64,000 bases of DNA. Source: Thermoproteota archaeon (lineage in GTDB: Archaea > Asgardarchaeota > Njordarchaeia > Njordarchaeales > Panguiarchaeaceae). This document shows, one piece after another, positions 47,989-58,199 of the stretch. The notes under the pieces are model-generated. The model saw nothing but the letters and a program-made list of their open reading frames with translations, was not told where the DNA came from and did no database searches. The first letter of the stretch is position 1. Every line of letters starts with the position of its first letter. The DNA lies in assembly GCA_024720975.1 (NCBI GenBank), contig JANJXX010000001.1, forward strand, positions 63,408 through 127,407. The letters are read 5' to 3'. The translations under genes were made by a program, and so were the position numbers.

Positions 47989-49659
47989 TCATTCTTCAGT
48001 GTGAAACTCTAAGTGTTTTGCAACAATTTTGAGAGCCCTCCGTGGTAGATCTTCCAGGCTTCGTATTCTGACTAGGAACCCTCCTTCCCTCTTTATGCTT
48101 TCTAGGTCAAGCATTTTGCCACTCGCACCTTCAGCTTCTATATGAAGAAAATACAAAGTTTGCCTTCTCGAGAGTCTTCGCAATAATTCTTCAGCTTCCT
48201 TCTTGTTGTATATTGCCGCGTCACTAAGAACTATAATCAGTACGCGTCCCCTGCCCTTGAGAACCCTAAGAATCTCTTCGGTGGGTAGGTGAGTTCCACC
48301 GTTTTGGTGAATCATTAAAGTGTCCTCTATTTTTTCCCTGTTGCGTGTAAACGGGCATACATAACCTCTATTAGAGAAGTTTACGACACCAATAGAACTG
48401 CCCATGCTCAGGGCGCATTCAGTAATTCCAAATGCAGCTACTAATGCTATATCGAATTTTGAACCTATTGGATATTTTATTCCTAGCTTCTTATTCAGTG
48501 CTTCCTGCTCTTTTAGACTCTCCCTGGATGTTCCAGGAATTTGACTCATCGAGCCTGAAGAGTCTATCACTATCAAAATGTCTGGAACTATCCCTCGCAC
48601 AATATATGGTGATGTTTCTATGCGCTCCCATTTCTTTGTTGTGTACCCAGGAATCATTGCGGGAGATATGCTTGTTGATACGTACGGGTCCAGCTTTTCG
48701 ATAGGATCATATACATCCCAAGTTGCTGGATAGTCCACCTCGTAACGTTTACTGATGTTCTGAGAGCCAATAATTACTTTTACGAGCTTCCTGGATCGCT
48801 CACGATACCAAAATCTAAGAATTTCACTCGGGATGGCAGCAACAGTACTAAATAGAGCCGGAGCTGCTGTAACTGTGTCACCTTCGAATGTCTTATAGAT
48901 CATTTTTATAATTCTCTCGAAAATAAACGGTCCTGCGTCGATTTGAACTGCAAGAATTGGTATGAATTCTCTCAGATAGTCGTATGTGAACTGAGAGGTT
49001 ATCGGAGCTAACTCTATAGGCTTAAAAAAGTTTGCTATGTATGCAGCTAAATCACCTGCTATTTTCGGCCAAGATGTTGGACTTGTTACGTTCTTAGTGA
49101 ATATAATCTCATATAACCTTCCACCAATCTCCCTTGACTTTTCATCAGTTATGTGAAATATTTCCTCGCCTAGCATCAGGTTGTATGCGTGCATAACTGG
49201 TTTTGATAGAATACCAAGCCCCGAAAACGATTTTTTCAGAAGCTTTAAGCCGCGGACTACTGCCTCTGGACTAATATGAGAGACATGGAAGTCGGCTAAG
49301 AGTTCTATGAGTATCGTAGCTGCTGCTAAGCCAGTTACAACATCTGAGTTATTGATTGCAGAGAGAATTATTTGTAATGCTCTGGCTTCATTAGCAGGAC
49401 AGAAAGTTCTGTACGCAAAAACCTTTAGTATAGCATATCTAAGTAGTGCTTCTGCATTCCCCTCCTTTAACAGTTTCAATCTATTAGCGATAAATATCAA
49501 CTTACGGTTTCTCCTATCAAAGACAAATTTTGGACCGCGAAAGATAGATAATTTTATCGTGAGCGGAATTTTAGGATTCGTACCTAAGTCACTTAGTATG
49601 CTTTCGTTAACCTTTTTTACTAGCCTCTCTAGCCTTTTTCTCGTTAGGAGACTTCGCAT
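47989..49659 (-). CDS. vWA (MIDAS) domain protein, partner of MoxR ATPase
   Basis: IVIDSSGSM, NFS, GGT, VLSD. Confidence 0.85.
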   Translation of the reverse strand: MRSLLTRKRLERLVKKVNESILSDLGTNPKIPLTIKLSIFRGPKFVFDRRNRKLIFIANRLKLLKEGNAEALLRYAILKVFAYRTFCPANEARALQIILSAINNSDVVTGLAAATILIELLADFHVSHISPEAVVRGLKLLKKSFSGLGILSKPVMHAYNLMLGEEIFHITDEKSREIGGRLYEIIFTKNVTSPTSWPKIAGDLAAYIANFFKPIELAPITSQFTYDYLREFIPILAVQIDAGPFIFERIIKMIYKTFEGDTVTAAPALFSTVAAIPSEILRFWYRERSRKLVKVIIGSQNISKRYEVDYPATWDVYDPIEKLDPYVSTSISPAMIPGYTTKKWERIETSPYIVRGIVPDILIVIDSSGSMSQIPGTSRESLKEQEALNKKLGIKYPIGSKFDIALVAAFGITECALSMGSSIGVVNFSNRGYVCPFTRNREKIEDTLMIHQNGGTHLPTEEILRVLKGRGRVLIIVLSDAAIYNKKEAEELLRRLSRRQTLYFLHIEAEGASGKMLDLESIKREGGFLVRIRSLEDLPRRALKIVAKHLEFHTEE

Positions 49660-51305
49660 TGTCCTCCCAATGCATCAACAATTGCATCCAAAGTATCGTG
49701 CCACAAAGTGAATGCTTTTAGTATTACTGGCGCATTGTCTCTATCATCCACTACAATGATCTCAAAAATCTCTGACCCCTTATCTATTCTTATCGAGGCG
49801 GGCGGGTTTAAAGTGCTAGATATATCTCTGCCGAGTATTTGCGATAGCTGAGCTATGTTTTGTTTCCATGTTTTAAATTCGGTCAATACCTTCTTTCCAT
49901 TTTCACGTAGTTGTGACGTATAGAATCTTACTAGGGCTGAGTATTGAATTGGATTTAGCTTTCCCTTGGCTTTCTCCAAAATTTCGTTTATTCTAGCTTT
50001 TTCGCGCAATTCTATGCTAGATTTTAACTCATTAACAGTGTTAATATATTTGTCCTCGAGGAAATAGTCTATGAATGGTTCAAGCTCAAACTTCACCACT
50101 ATGTCGTCTTCTCGCACGTTCTTTATCGTTTTAATCATTCGCGGATCAACTTTTCCTGCCTTCAGATTCTCATAAGCCTGTATTATTGGGAGCCTTTGCA
50201 GGAAGTTTCTGAGGACAGATTCAACTATATGTTTCGCAAATCTGAATCTGTCGAAACCAAATTCTTCTAGATGTTTGTCGGAGAATCTCAGACGATGCCA
50301 TATGACGTATGGAGCTACTGTAACAACAACACTTAGTGGGACAGTTCTAAGACCCATAAGCCAAGCGAGAGCTTTTGCATATCTAGCTAGGTCCCTCTGA
50401 GCCCTAACACTCAACGGTGTGTAAACATACTTGCATACAGTATCAAGGTTCTCAAATTGACAACCTACACATATTTTTGAGCCCATCTCCACGAATATTC
50501 CTGTTTCCTTGTCTACACGGTCACATAAGGATATTTCTTTTGATAAGATGCTTATGAACATCTGTGCTGCTGGCTCTAAAGGCATTGCTTCGACGTATGC
50601 CCAAGCATCTACTAATTCATTTATTGACAACACCGCTGGAACATCTTTCCTCAATACTCTGTCGTCCGGCAACAAAACTATCTCGTTCATATCATCTAGA
50701 AGTGGCGATTTTACAACAACAGCTATCCCGAATCTGTCTAGGAGTGGCATGCTTAGAGGGAAAGTACCTACATCACGTGGGTTTAATGTCGCGTAGAGAA
50801 CAAATTTTCTCGAAGCAAATACGGCATCAAAATATTTTACTAGACCCTCACCGAGAAGGCTTAAAACGACATCTTGAGCGCCTGGAGATAGTCTATTTAT
50901 TTCATCTATTATCTTCCAGAATGACCTGATAAAGCGCCTCCATATGACCTCCTCCTCACCCTCCTTGACAAGCTTGCCTAGGTGGAGTCGTCCAACAATT
51001 TTCTCCTCTATTAGTTGCGGATTGGCCCTAAGGATTGATGCCTCGACTTCTTCTAGTGACATACCAGTTAACAGCCTGCCAAGGTACTTTATTAGAGCAG
51101 TCTTTCCGTAACCATAACCACCCCATAAGAGCATTGCTCCGTTTCCAACGATGGCATTCAGTACTGCTAACCCAGCGATTAGAGGTGCTCTAAATACCCC
51201 ATTCGGAGAATCTATTTCTAGGTACTTTGTATGAACGAAAAGTCTCTCTTTCTCTAGAATTTTGAGGGCTAGAAGTATTTTGTCTCTGAGTTCTTCGTGA
51301 TTCAA
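49644..51305 (-). CDS. MoxR-like AAA+ ATPase with Cys-rich insertion
   Basis: GGYGYGKT, IIDEINR, ATLNP, LLDRF, SVR. Confidence 0.88.
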   Translation of the reverse strand: MNHEELRDKILLALKILEKERLFVHTKYLEIDSPNGVFRAPLIAGLAVLNAIVGNGAMLLWGGYGYGKTALIKYLGRLLTGMSLEEVEASILRANPQLIEEKIVGRLHLGKLVKEGEEEVIWRRFIRSFWKIIDEINRLSPGAQDVVLSLLGEGLVKYFDAVFASRKFVLYATLNPRDVGTFPLSMPLLDRFGIAVVVKSPLLDDMNEIVLLPDDRVLRKDVPAVLSINELVDAWAYVEAMPLEPAAQMFISILSKEISLCDRVDKETGIFVEMGSKICVGCQFENLDTVCKYVYTPLSVRAQRDLARYAKALAWLMGLRTVPLSVVVTVAPYVIWHRLRFSDKHLEEFGFDRFRFAKHIVESVLRNFLQRLPIIQAYENLKAGKVDPRMIKTIKNVREDDIVVKFELEPFIDYFLEDKYINTVNELKSSIELREKARINEILEKAKGKLNPIQYSALVRFYTSQLRENGKKVLTEFKTWKQNIAQLSQILGRDISSTLNPPASIRIDKGSEIFEIIVVDDRDNAPVILKAFTLWHDTLDAIVDALGGQCEVS

Positions 51306-51368
51306 AAATGCACACCAACGAATTCTAGATATTAGAACTTTTTAGTTGTATATATTGATTAAGTAACA

Positions 51369-52691
51369 TCAAACTATGCCCAGATACCTGATTGTTTTCG
51401 CATCAAGCAGTTGCCTCCAATCAGGCAAAGTCCTATCGAGAAACTCAAGAAGTTCTGAGCGCTCGATCTTCTCTAGTTCCGTGGGGGCGTAGGTGGTTAT
51501 CAGCCTATTTAATGCTATTATAAGCAACCTTGAGGGCAGTTTTCTTATGAATTCTATTAGTAAATTCTTACCATAAATGGATTCCAGAAATTGTCTTATC
51601 GCTGCTGGAGGGGCTTCATAAGCGATCTTTATTATTAGGTTAAATATTTGCTTTTCGAACTCTTTCCTGCTTGCTAGCTTCTCACTTACCTTTAGAATAA
51701 ATTCGATTATTTGTTCTATGCTTTGAGCCGAGGCCGTCGCAAACGATGTGTTTAAGAGGAGCATTATCGCATTTTCAGCCTGCAATTCATCGTTTAGTAT
51801 GGCATCTATGACTTTAAAAATAGGCCCTTTGTAGTATAATGCGACAACCTTGTTCAGGATCAAGTTTAATAACGATGAACTATTTCCGGAGTATGCCCTC
51901 TCATAAACTGCTAGCATCTCGGCTGGATCCATCCTTAGCGTTGTAAGAAGCACGCTGATCGCAGGCATCGCTTCGCTTCTAAGTATGTATGATATTATTG
52001 AATGCGCAGTTGCTATTGAGAAGCCAAGCAATCCGTTGAAGTTTTCACTTAGACTCCTAAGAATTGCTTCGAATAACTCACTCTTAACAGACTTAATATA
52101 AAATATCGGCCTCACAGCAATAACAACTTTCTCTAAGGATAGCTTATTACTTACGTTATTGAAGCACTGCAAATACAGGGTAAGAAACTCCGGGTGTTCT
52201 AACACGCCCACTCCACTTAGAAAGCGCCAGAACAGCTCTGATAGGAGGAGTTCATTGGCGTGTCTACTATCATCAAACACGGGTAAGCTCTCTATTTTGA
52301 TGCCATACTTTTTCAATGCACTTTCTAGGTCTCTCTTGAGCGTGGTTAGCGGGACGTTTACATCGAGAACTTCGCTAATAATGCTTGAAACTCCTACACC
52401 AAAAGTGCTTATGAATTCTGGTGTTACTGGACTTCCATATGCTAGTAGACGTGCACGTAGTGTTTGTTTAAATTTCGCTGCGTAAAGTTTTCCACAATGT
52501 TTTGATATTAGTTCTAGTATTAAACCTACCCGCTCGTCAAATAGTTCAATGAGTCCCCCTAGATCTATCAATTGATCGCAGACTTTCTTCTGGCCATATT
52601 TCGCTAGATAATCATCAAAGTTTTGAATAATTTCATCAATGCTTAGTGCCTCCTCACTCAATGAAATCAACCAATATTCATTGCATGTCAT
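51369..52691 (-). CDS. Hypothetical alpha-helical protein upstream of MoxR
   Basis: 440-aa Leu/Ile-rich helical ORF, co-oriented with moxR-vWA. Confidence 0.7.
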   Translation of the reverse strand: MTCNEYWLISLSEEALSIDEIIQNFDDYLAKYGQKKVCDQLIDLGGLIELFDERVGLILELISKHCGKLYAAKFKQTLRARLLAYGSPVTPEFISTFGVGVSSIISEVLDVNVPLTTLKRDLESALKKYGIKIESLPVFDDSRHANELLLSELFWRFLSGVGVLEHPEFLTLYLQCFNNVSNKLSLEKVVIAVRPIFYIKSVKSELFEAILRSLSENFNGLLGFSIATAHSIISYILRSEAMPAISVLLTTLRMDPAEMLAVYERAYSGNSSSLLNLILNKVVALYYKGPIFKVIDAILNDELQAENAIMLLLNTSFATASAQSIEQIIEFILKVSEKLASRKEFEKQIFNLIIKIAYEAPPAAIRQFLESIYGKNLLIEFIRKLPSRLLIIALNRLITTYAPTELEKIERSELLEFLDRTLPDWRQLLDAKTIRYLGIV

Positions 52692-52872
52692 GTATACTCA
52701 ATTCCCAACTTGTACATCTGACTTAGAATGTTATCTATTAAAGATGTTCCTTTCATCGTTATGTTCGCAGAATGCTAACACCCGTCATTTGATCGACATC
52801 AAAACAACACACTTTTGCTTCGAAATAAAAGAATTTTTTTGATATTGCCATTTTGCTTGCAGGGTGCAATAA

Positions 52873-53790
52873 TTGAGAGATTTTCCAAGTATCATAAATG
52901 AGCTGCTAAATGCATTCAGAGAAAACTTTGAGAGATCTGGAAATGTTTGGGGATTTGAAGTTGAAATTCCCTATATTCAAGAACAAAAGTTCATATCCAA
53001 TGGAAGAATGCTGGCTCTATCCACAAACGAAATTTTGATAAGAGCAATAAAGGAGGCAATTTTTGAATTCTTAATTCACGAGAACGCTAAATATCTTGAT
53101 GCTAAACTACTTAAATCAGTAGAACTCAAAAGATTCGTGGAAAATAATGTCGCAAAAAACATGGAGAAGTATCTGAGTATACTTAGGAGACTTAACCACT
53201 TAGCACAAGCCAAGAATATAAGCTTTGTACACCTTGCTGCCTCAGTTGCTCCTGAGATTATGCACTTCAATCCTAGTGCTCATATATCAGTGATTTCACC
53301 TGTCCTCGAAAAACTGAGCTCAATTCCATGTGAGGAGATTTTAGTTTATGATCCGATCGAATACCTCATACTTAAAGCATACGAAGCCCGTATAGGCAAG
53401 AAAGTTTATCACATTCTAGAAAAACTCAGTTTTGAAAAGCGTTCACTAAGCGAGAGGTTTATCATCAAAGATCCTTGCATATTGACTAGAAAAGCTAACA
53501 TAAACTTGCGCAACTATGTCAACAATATTCTGGAGAATCTCATACACCACCCACTATCCGGCAGTTTGACTATCTGCTGCGGGGAATTCATGTGGATAAC
53601 CGCACCAAAAATCGCATTGAATAACGCTGGAGAGGTTTTGAGGGCATTGTCAAGCTATTCGCCAAGGATTCTGACTCTTTGTCCTAGCGCAACTTTCTTA
53701 TTTAGCGTTGCGAAGCGGTTCTTTACTGACCTTCAAAATGTTAAAATTGTTGATCTAACAGAAGTCATTACGACTGGAGAATCACTATGA
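52873..53790 (+). CDS. CCG-domain (Fe-S)-binding protein, first CCG repeat degenerate
   Basis: KDPCILTR, CCG, TLCPSA; N-terminal GNVWG. Confidence 0.7.
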   Translation: MRDFPSIINELLNAFRENFERSGNVWGFEVEIPYIQEQKFISNGRMLALSTNEILIRAIKEAIFEFLIHENAKYLDAKLLKSVELKRFVENNVAKNMEKYLSILRRLNHLAQAKNISFVHLAASVAPEIMHFNPSAHISVISPVLEKLSSIPCEEILVYDPIEYLILKAYEARIGKKVYHILEKLSFEKRSLSERFIIKDPCILTRKANINLRNYVNNILENLIHHPLSGSLTICCGEFMWITAPKIALNNAGEVLRALSSYSPRILTLCPSATFLFSVAKRFFTDLQNVKIVDLTEVITTGESL

Positions 53791-54560
53791 ACGCTATGGA
53801 GGTTATTGAGAAACTCAAGAAGTTGTTAGTTGAAGCTGGTCCGAATGATGCATTAACTCAACTCGCAAATGAACTTAAACTCAATAAGCAAGATGCTTTT
53901 GCACTTGCGCAGAAAAGTATTGAGATAATAATCAAAACTAAGTTATTGCAAGCTCTTACAGCCCAACTTGAGGAAGCCAAACCCCCTCTCGAGAAAATCA
54001 ATGTGACAGATTTAGCATTTCCTTGCTTGAAGCATGCATTCTACTCAAAGAAGTTCGTGAACGAGAGGAGAGGAAAATTTAGCGAGCTTGTGACGCTCTG
54101 GGTCGGCACAAAACTACATGAAGTTAAGATACTTAACCAACATGAAGTCGAGGTTGAATATAATGATATCTATGGTAGGGTTGATGGGTATGGCGATGGC
54201 GTTATACTTGAGCTAAAGACGACAAGAAAAATTCCACCGCAACCATTTCCTCACCACTTAAAGCAAGTTAACTACTATCGCGTCCTCCTAGAGAGAAACA
54301 ATTACCCGGTGGCATTTGCTGTGATACTTTACGTTAACATAGCCAATTCCACAGCAAAGGCATTTTTGATCCTCTTTGAACAAAGTCTTGAAGACACTGA
54401 GAGAGAAATGATCGAGAGAAAGGAGAGGCTGGTGAACGCGCTGAAATCTGATACACCTCCACCATCTATACCCGAAGAGCCCTGGGCATGCGACTACTGT
54501 GACTTTGCATACCTATGTGGGCTACAGAGAGAAACACCACCGAGGAAAGATCTGCTCTAG
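53787..54560 (+). CDS. cas4: Solo Cas4-like RecB nuclease
   Basis: VTDL..C, G..LH, GRVD, ELKT, Q...Y, C..C.F...C; no CRISPR array or cas1 in window. Confidence 0.85.
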   Translation: MNAMEVIEKLKKLLVEAGPNDALTQLANELKLNKQDAFALAQKSIEIIIKTKLLQALTAQLEEAKPPLEKINVTDLAFPCLKHAFYSKKFVNERRGKFSELVTLWVGTKLHEVKILNQHEVEVEYNDIYGRVDGYGDGVILELKTTRKIPPQPFPHHLKQVNYYRVLLERNNYPVAFAVILYVNIANSTAKAFLILFEQSLEDTEREMIERKERLVNALKSDTPPPSIPEEPWACDYCDFAYLCGLQRETPPRKDLL

Positions 54561-54570
54561 ACACCTTATG

Positions 54571-55395
54571 CTAGAAAAACAAACTAACCTTGAAATTTCT
54601 CTCGGTCGCTTTCTTGATGAACCGCACCTTAACCTCATTCCAATATCTGGGATCCTTGGCTCTTCTCCAGAAGTCTCTTCTACTTATTCCAATTTCATCT
54701 AATGCTCTGTTTATTGTTATCCAGTTCTGGGACTTGATGTTTAATTTATCGATGAAAATGCTCTTTACACCCAAGTTGTAGAGATCATCCAAAATACCAT
54801 CAAGTGATTTCTCGGATACTATCGGCAGAAAAGGAGCTAGAAAAACTGAAACTCTTTCCTCGCCAAGTAAATTGACCATCTCCTTAAGAACTGCAAGCCT
54901 GCGCTCATAGCTACTTGCATTTGGCTCAAAGATTTCATAAGCTTCGTTGATTGAAATTGAGACTCCCAAGTGGATATCGTTGAACTTCACAAATAGATCT
55001 CTATCCCTCAGAGCTAAATCGCTCTTTGTCAATATTGCAATGGGCCAACCATTGCTAAGCAGAATCTCCAGGAGTTTTCTAGTTATTCCATATACAACCT
55101 CTATCGGCTGATATGGATCAGTTGCGGAGGATAAGTAGACTCTACCCCTCTCCTTCCAACGAATCTCATCTTTCAATCTACTTATTGCATTCGATTTAAC
55201 ATATACAACTCGACCCCAATCTTCGGCTTTATATCCACGTCTAAGCAATAAGTATCGAGCATAACAGTAAACGCAACCGTGGACACATCCAATATAGGGG
55301 TTCAGTGAATACTTCGCGGACTCAAAGCCACAAGGCGTGAGAATTTGATCTACTAGTGTGTATTTTATCTTAGCGGATGGTGCGTACTGTTGCAT
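54571..55395 (-). CDS. SplB/Rv2578c-like radical SAM protein
   Basis: LNPYIGCVHGCVYCYA, SSATDPYQP.E, TKS. Confidence 0.9.
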   Translation of the reverse strand: MQQYAPSAKIKYTLVDQILTPCGFESAKYSLNPYIGCVHGCVYCYARYLLLRRGYKAEDWGRVVYVKSNAISRLKDEIRWKERGRVYLSSATDPYQPIEVVYGITRKLLEILLSNGWPIAILTKSDLALRDRDLFVKFNDIHLGVSISINEAYEIFEPNASSYERRLAVLKEMVNLLGEERVSVFLAPFLPIVSEKSLDGILDDLYNLGVKSIFIDKLNIKSQNWITINRALDEIGISRRDFWRRAKDPRYWNEVKVRFIKKATERNFKVSLFF

Positions 55396-55492
55396 CCTGA
55401 TCAGATCGTTAGATTGCTAGTAATTCTCTAATGATTTTATTAATAACTACCCAAGATTATTTTTACCTCTAAACATAAGATTGGTGTAAATA

Positions 55493-56113
55493 TTGAGCAT
55501 TGAAGATGATTGGTTTGAGGATGATTGGCTGGCTTCTCGTATGCAAATTATCCTTAGGGAGCTGAAAAATAAGTATCCCGATGCAGACATAAGTCCATTT
55601 CTCAATCGCGCAGCGGAGGGATTCGTTCCTAATCCTCTGCAACTAGAGAGCAGTGGAAAGAAGGAGAATATTGTACTCGCAGGGTTAATACACAGAGAAT
55701 ATGCATTAAGCATTACTGCTGGAATAATCAATGCGAGCTTTGAGTCGGGAAAGGCCACTATCGAACATGAAGGCAATAAAATTGATATAACTAATGAGTT
55801 GATAGAACTACTTCCTGATTTAGCGATTGCATGCTGCCTTTCTATTAGAGACTTATCCGTGGACGATGTTCTTTGGTCAGAGGATATTGACGAGTTAATT
55901 GGAATAGTATCTTTTGTTATATATGCAGGAGTTTTGCTGCGAAACGTTAATTTGATGGAGAATTTGTTGACTATATTAATTTCCACAGCCTCTAGCATTA
56001 AGAACAGCAAAGTGAGACAGAAATTCAGTGAGCAAATATACAAGGATTTAACTGAGTTGGGATTAAGCAGGCTAGGACAGATATTTATGGATATTTCCAC
56101 GCAATCTAGCTAA
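55493..56113 (+). CDS. Hypothetical protein
   Basis: 206 aa, GGTG SD, acidic N-terminus; preferred over the antisense ORF 55447-56100. Confidence 0.7.
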   Translation: MSIEDDWFEDDWLASRMQIILRELKNKYPDADISPFLNRAAEGFVPNPLQLESSGKKENIVLAGLIHREYALSITAGIINASFESGKATIEHEGNKIDITNELIELLPDLAIACCLSIRDLSVDDVLWSEDIDELIGIVSFVIYAGVLLRNVNLMENLLTILISTASSIKNSKVRQKFSEQIYKDLTELGLSRLGQIFMDISTQSS

Positions 56114-57804
56114 TCCAACCTTAATTTTGCTTTGCGTTTAAACTGTTCTCTGTATATTCTTTTTACTTCCTCAAGCGTATCAGCGTCCTCTGGACTTTTA
56201 TCCCAGCGTATCTTGTTAATTCTAGCAAAACGTAATGCAAAGCCTGACTTATATTTAGGCGATCTTTGAATTTCATCATATATCACCTCGACCACAACTT
56301 TGGGCTTCACATAAACTATCCGTCCGCTCTCATAAATCCTTGCTTTTAGAAGTTCTTTGGTTATTTCCTCGAATTCCTCATCCGTGAGTCCCTTAAAAGT
56401 TTTACCTATGATCGCCCACTCGCTAGTTTTCTCATCTTTAACAGCAAGGTAGTAATCGGATAACCACTTCCTTCTCCTTCCATATCCCCATTCAGCCGCA
56501 ATTATCACGCAATCCAAAGGCTCTAAGGATCTCTTTATCTTCAGCCAACTTTTTCCTCGAACTCCAGGCTCATATTTTGAATCCAATTTCTTGGCAATGA
56601 GCCCCTCATGGCCTTCTGATATTGCTCTTTCAAGGAATTTTTGAGCCTCCTCTTGATCTTTTGTAATTAGTCTTGGAGCTAGTTTTATTCCATTAGCTAT
56701 TTTCTCGAGAATTCTTCGCCGCTCTTCATAGGGCTTATCTATCAGCATTTCCCCGTCTAGGTATAGTATGTCGAATAAGTATATATCCACAGGAATTAAC
56801 CTCCTGTATTTACTGGCTTCATCTAACCTTCTCACTCTTCGCATGAGAATCTGAAACGGCAGGGGTTTATTATCTATAATTCCTACAATCTCTCCCTCCA
56901 AAACGGCCTCACGAGCGTTAATGTTCTTACTAATTAATTCCACTACTTCAGGGAAGCTATCAGTGACATCTTTAAGCCTCCTACTAAATATTCTGATTTC
57001 ATCTCCCCGCTTATGTATCTGTGCTCTAAGACCGTCAAACTTATACTCAAACGCAGTTTCCCAGTTGTGTTCCTTTAATGCCTCTGCAACGTCCTCGGCT
57101 TTCTGCGCTAACAAGGGGCGAACCGGTCTAAATGGGATAATTTTTACTTCTCTTATCGCCCGATAGCCCTCTATAAGTGCTTTTTCGGCAACTTCTCCTA
57201 TGTCTCCTAGTATCATATGCGCCCGTGATATGAGCTCCACTGGTATCGCTGATGCTTTAGCTATTGCTTCTTCCATTACACCAACACTGATACCATGTCT
57301 CATGTCTCTGAAAATTATCTTGATGAAATACTTCAGCTCATTTGGGGACATTCTGCTGATAAGCGTAGACAGGATACTTTCCTTTTTGACCCTAGCATCT
57401 GTACCCTTTATCTCAACCATCTGGCTCAGAAAGTTGTATATATCGGCTATTGACAAGTCCTGCGAGGTCAACTCAGTTAAAGTTAGTTGCTTCTTTAGCT
57501 TTTTTCTCTCGGCTATGGCTCTAACAGCTTCGCCCAAATCTCCGTGAGCTTTTATTTGGTCCACGAGCTCTTTTTTAGAAACTGAGAAAATATTTACTAT
57601 TACATGCGATACTGTACCCCAAGAGATATCAAGTTGCTTTTGGGCAGATTCTGGAGCAAAATGCCCTATCATAAGGAGAACGAAAGGTCTTATATAGTTC
57701 GCTTCTAATCTACGTAAAACCTCCGCAAGGATTCGAATCTTACGTGATCTTTCGGGAGTCTTTGCTAAGTTATCACAAAGCTCGGCGAATTCTTTGAACA
57801 GCAT
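56110..57804 (-). CDS. lig: ATP-dependent DNA ligase
   Basis: EYKFDGLRAQIH, LEGE, FDILY, EGLIAK, WLKIK, LRFAR. Confidence 0.97.
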   Translation of the reverse strand: MLFKEFAELCDNLAKTPERSRKIRILAEVLRRLEANYIRPFVLLMIGHFAPESAQKQLDISWGTVSHVIVNIFSVSKKELVDQIKAHGDLGEAVRAIAERKKLKKQLTLTELTSQDLSIADIYNFLSQMVEIKGTDARVKKESILSTLISRMSPNELKYFIKIIFRDMRHGISVGVMEEAIAKASAIPVELISRAHMILGDIGEVAEKALIEGYRAIREVKIIPFRPVRPLLAQKAEDVAEALKEHNWETAFEYKFDGLRAQIHKRGDEIRIFSRRLKDVTDSFPEVVELISKNINAREAVLEGEIVGIIDNKPLPFQILMRRVRRLDEASKYRRLIPVDIYLFDILYLDGEMLIDKPYEERRRILEKIANGIKLAPRLITKDQEEAQKFLERAISEGHEGLIAKKLDSKYEPGVRGKSWLKIKRSLEPLDCVIIAAEWGYGRRRKWLSDYYLAVKDEKTSEWAIIGKTFKGLTDEEFEEITKELLKARIYESGRIVYVKPKVVVEVIYDEIQRSPKYKSGFALRFARINKIRWDKSPEDADTLEEVKRIYREQFKRKAKLRLD

Positions 57805-57818
57805 TTAGGATGACCACA

Positions 57819-58199
57819 TTATTTTTTAAGCCAAAATACTACAGCAGGTTCATTATAGAGTTTCTTTTTCGAACACTTATAGAGTTCTCGCACTTCCTCC
57901 AAAGCCTGTTTGTATGTTGAAGCTTTTAATCCAAGCTCTTTCCATCGCATATTTTTCAGAGCACGCCTGAGAGTTGGGTATATTTCTATTCGCTCGATTT
58001 TATAAACAGCGGTCTTTCGACCTGATTTAAATACTGCAACAGGTTGATACTCTCCGCTCATAATTTTTCTAGCCAGGTCAACCCAACGCTTGCCAATACG
58101 TATTTCAGCCTTTTTATCTCCGTGCTCTAGGACTCTAAAGTACTTTCTTCTAACGTAAAAAAAGGCATGAGAACACCTGCAGTGATATTTCTGGTGCAT
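57819..58199 (-). CDS. ASCH/PUA-like domain protein
   Basis: YF..LEHGDKKAEIR and VVFWL motifs; ATG 58199 overlaps the maf stop (TAATG). Confidence 0.7.
   Translation of the reverse strand: MHQKYHCRCSHAFFYVRRKYFRVLEHGDKKAEIRIGKRWVDLARKIMSGEYQPVAVFKSGRKTAVYKIERIEIYPTLRRALKNMRWKELGLKASTYKQALEEVRELYKCSKKKLYNEPAVVFWLKK

Noticed and set aside
53787-54560. CRISPR-Cas locus
   Set aside because: No repeat-spacer array or other cas genes seen; treated as solo Cas4.
55447-56100. 217-aa antisense ORF
   Set aside because: Ser/Ile-rich shadow of the + strand gene 55493-56113, which has an SD.
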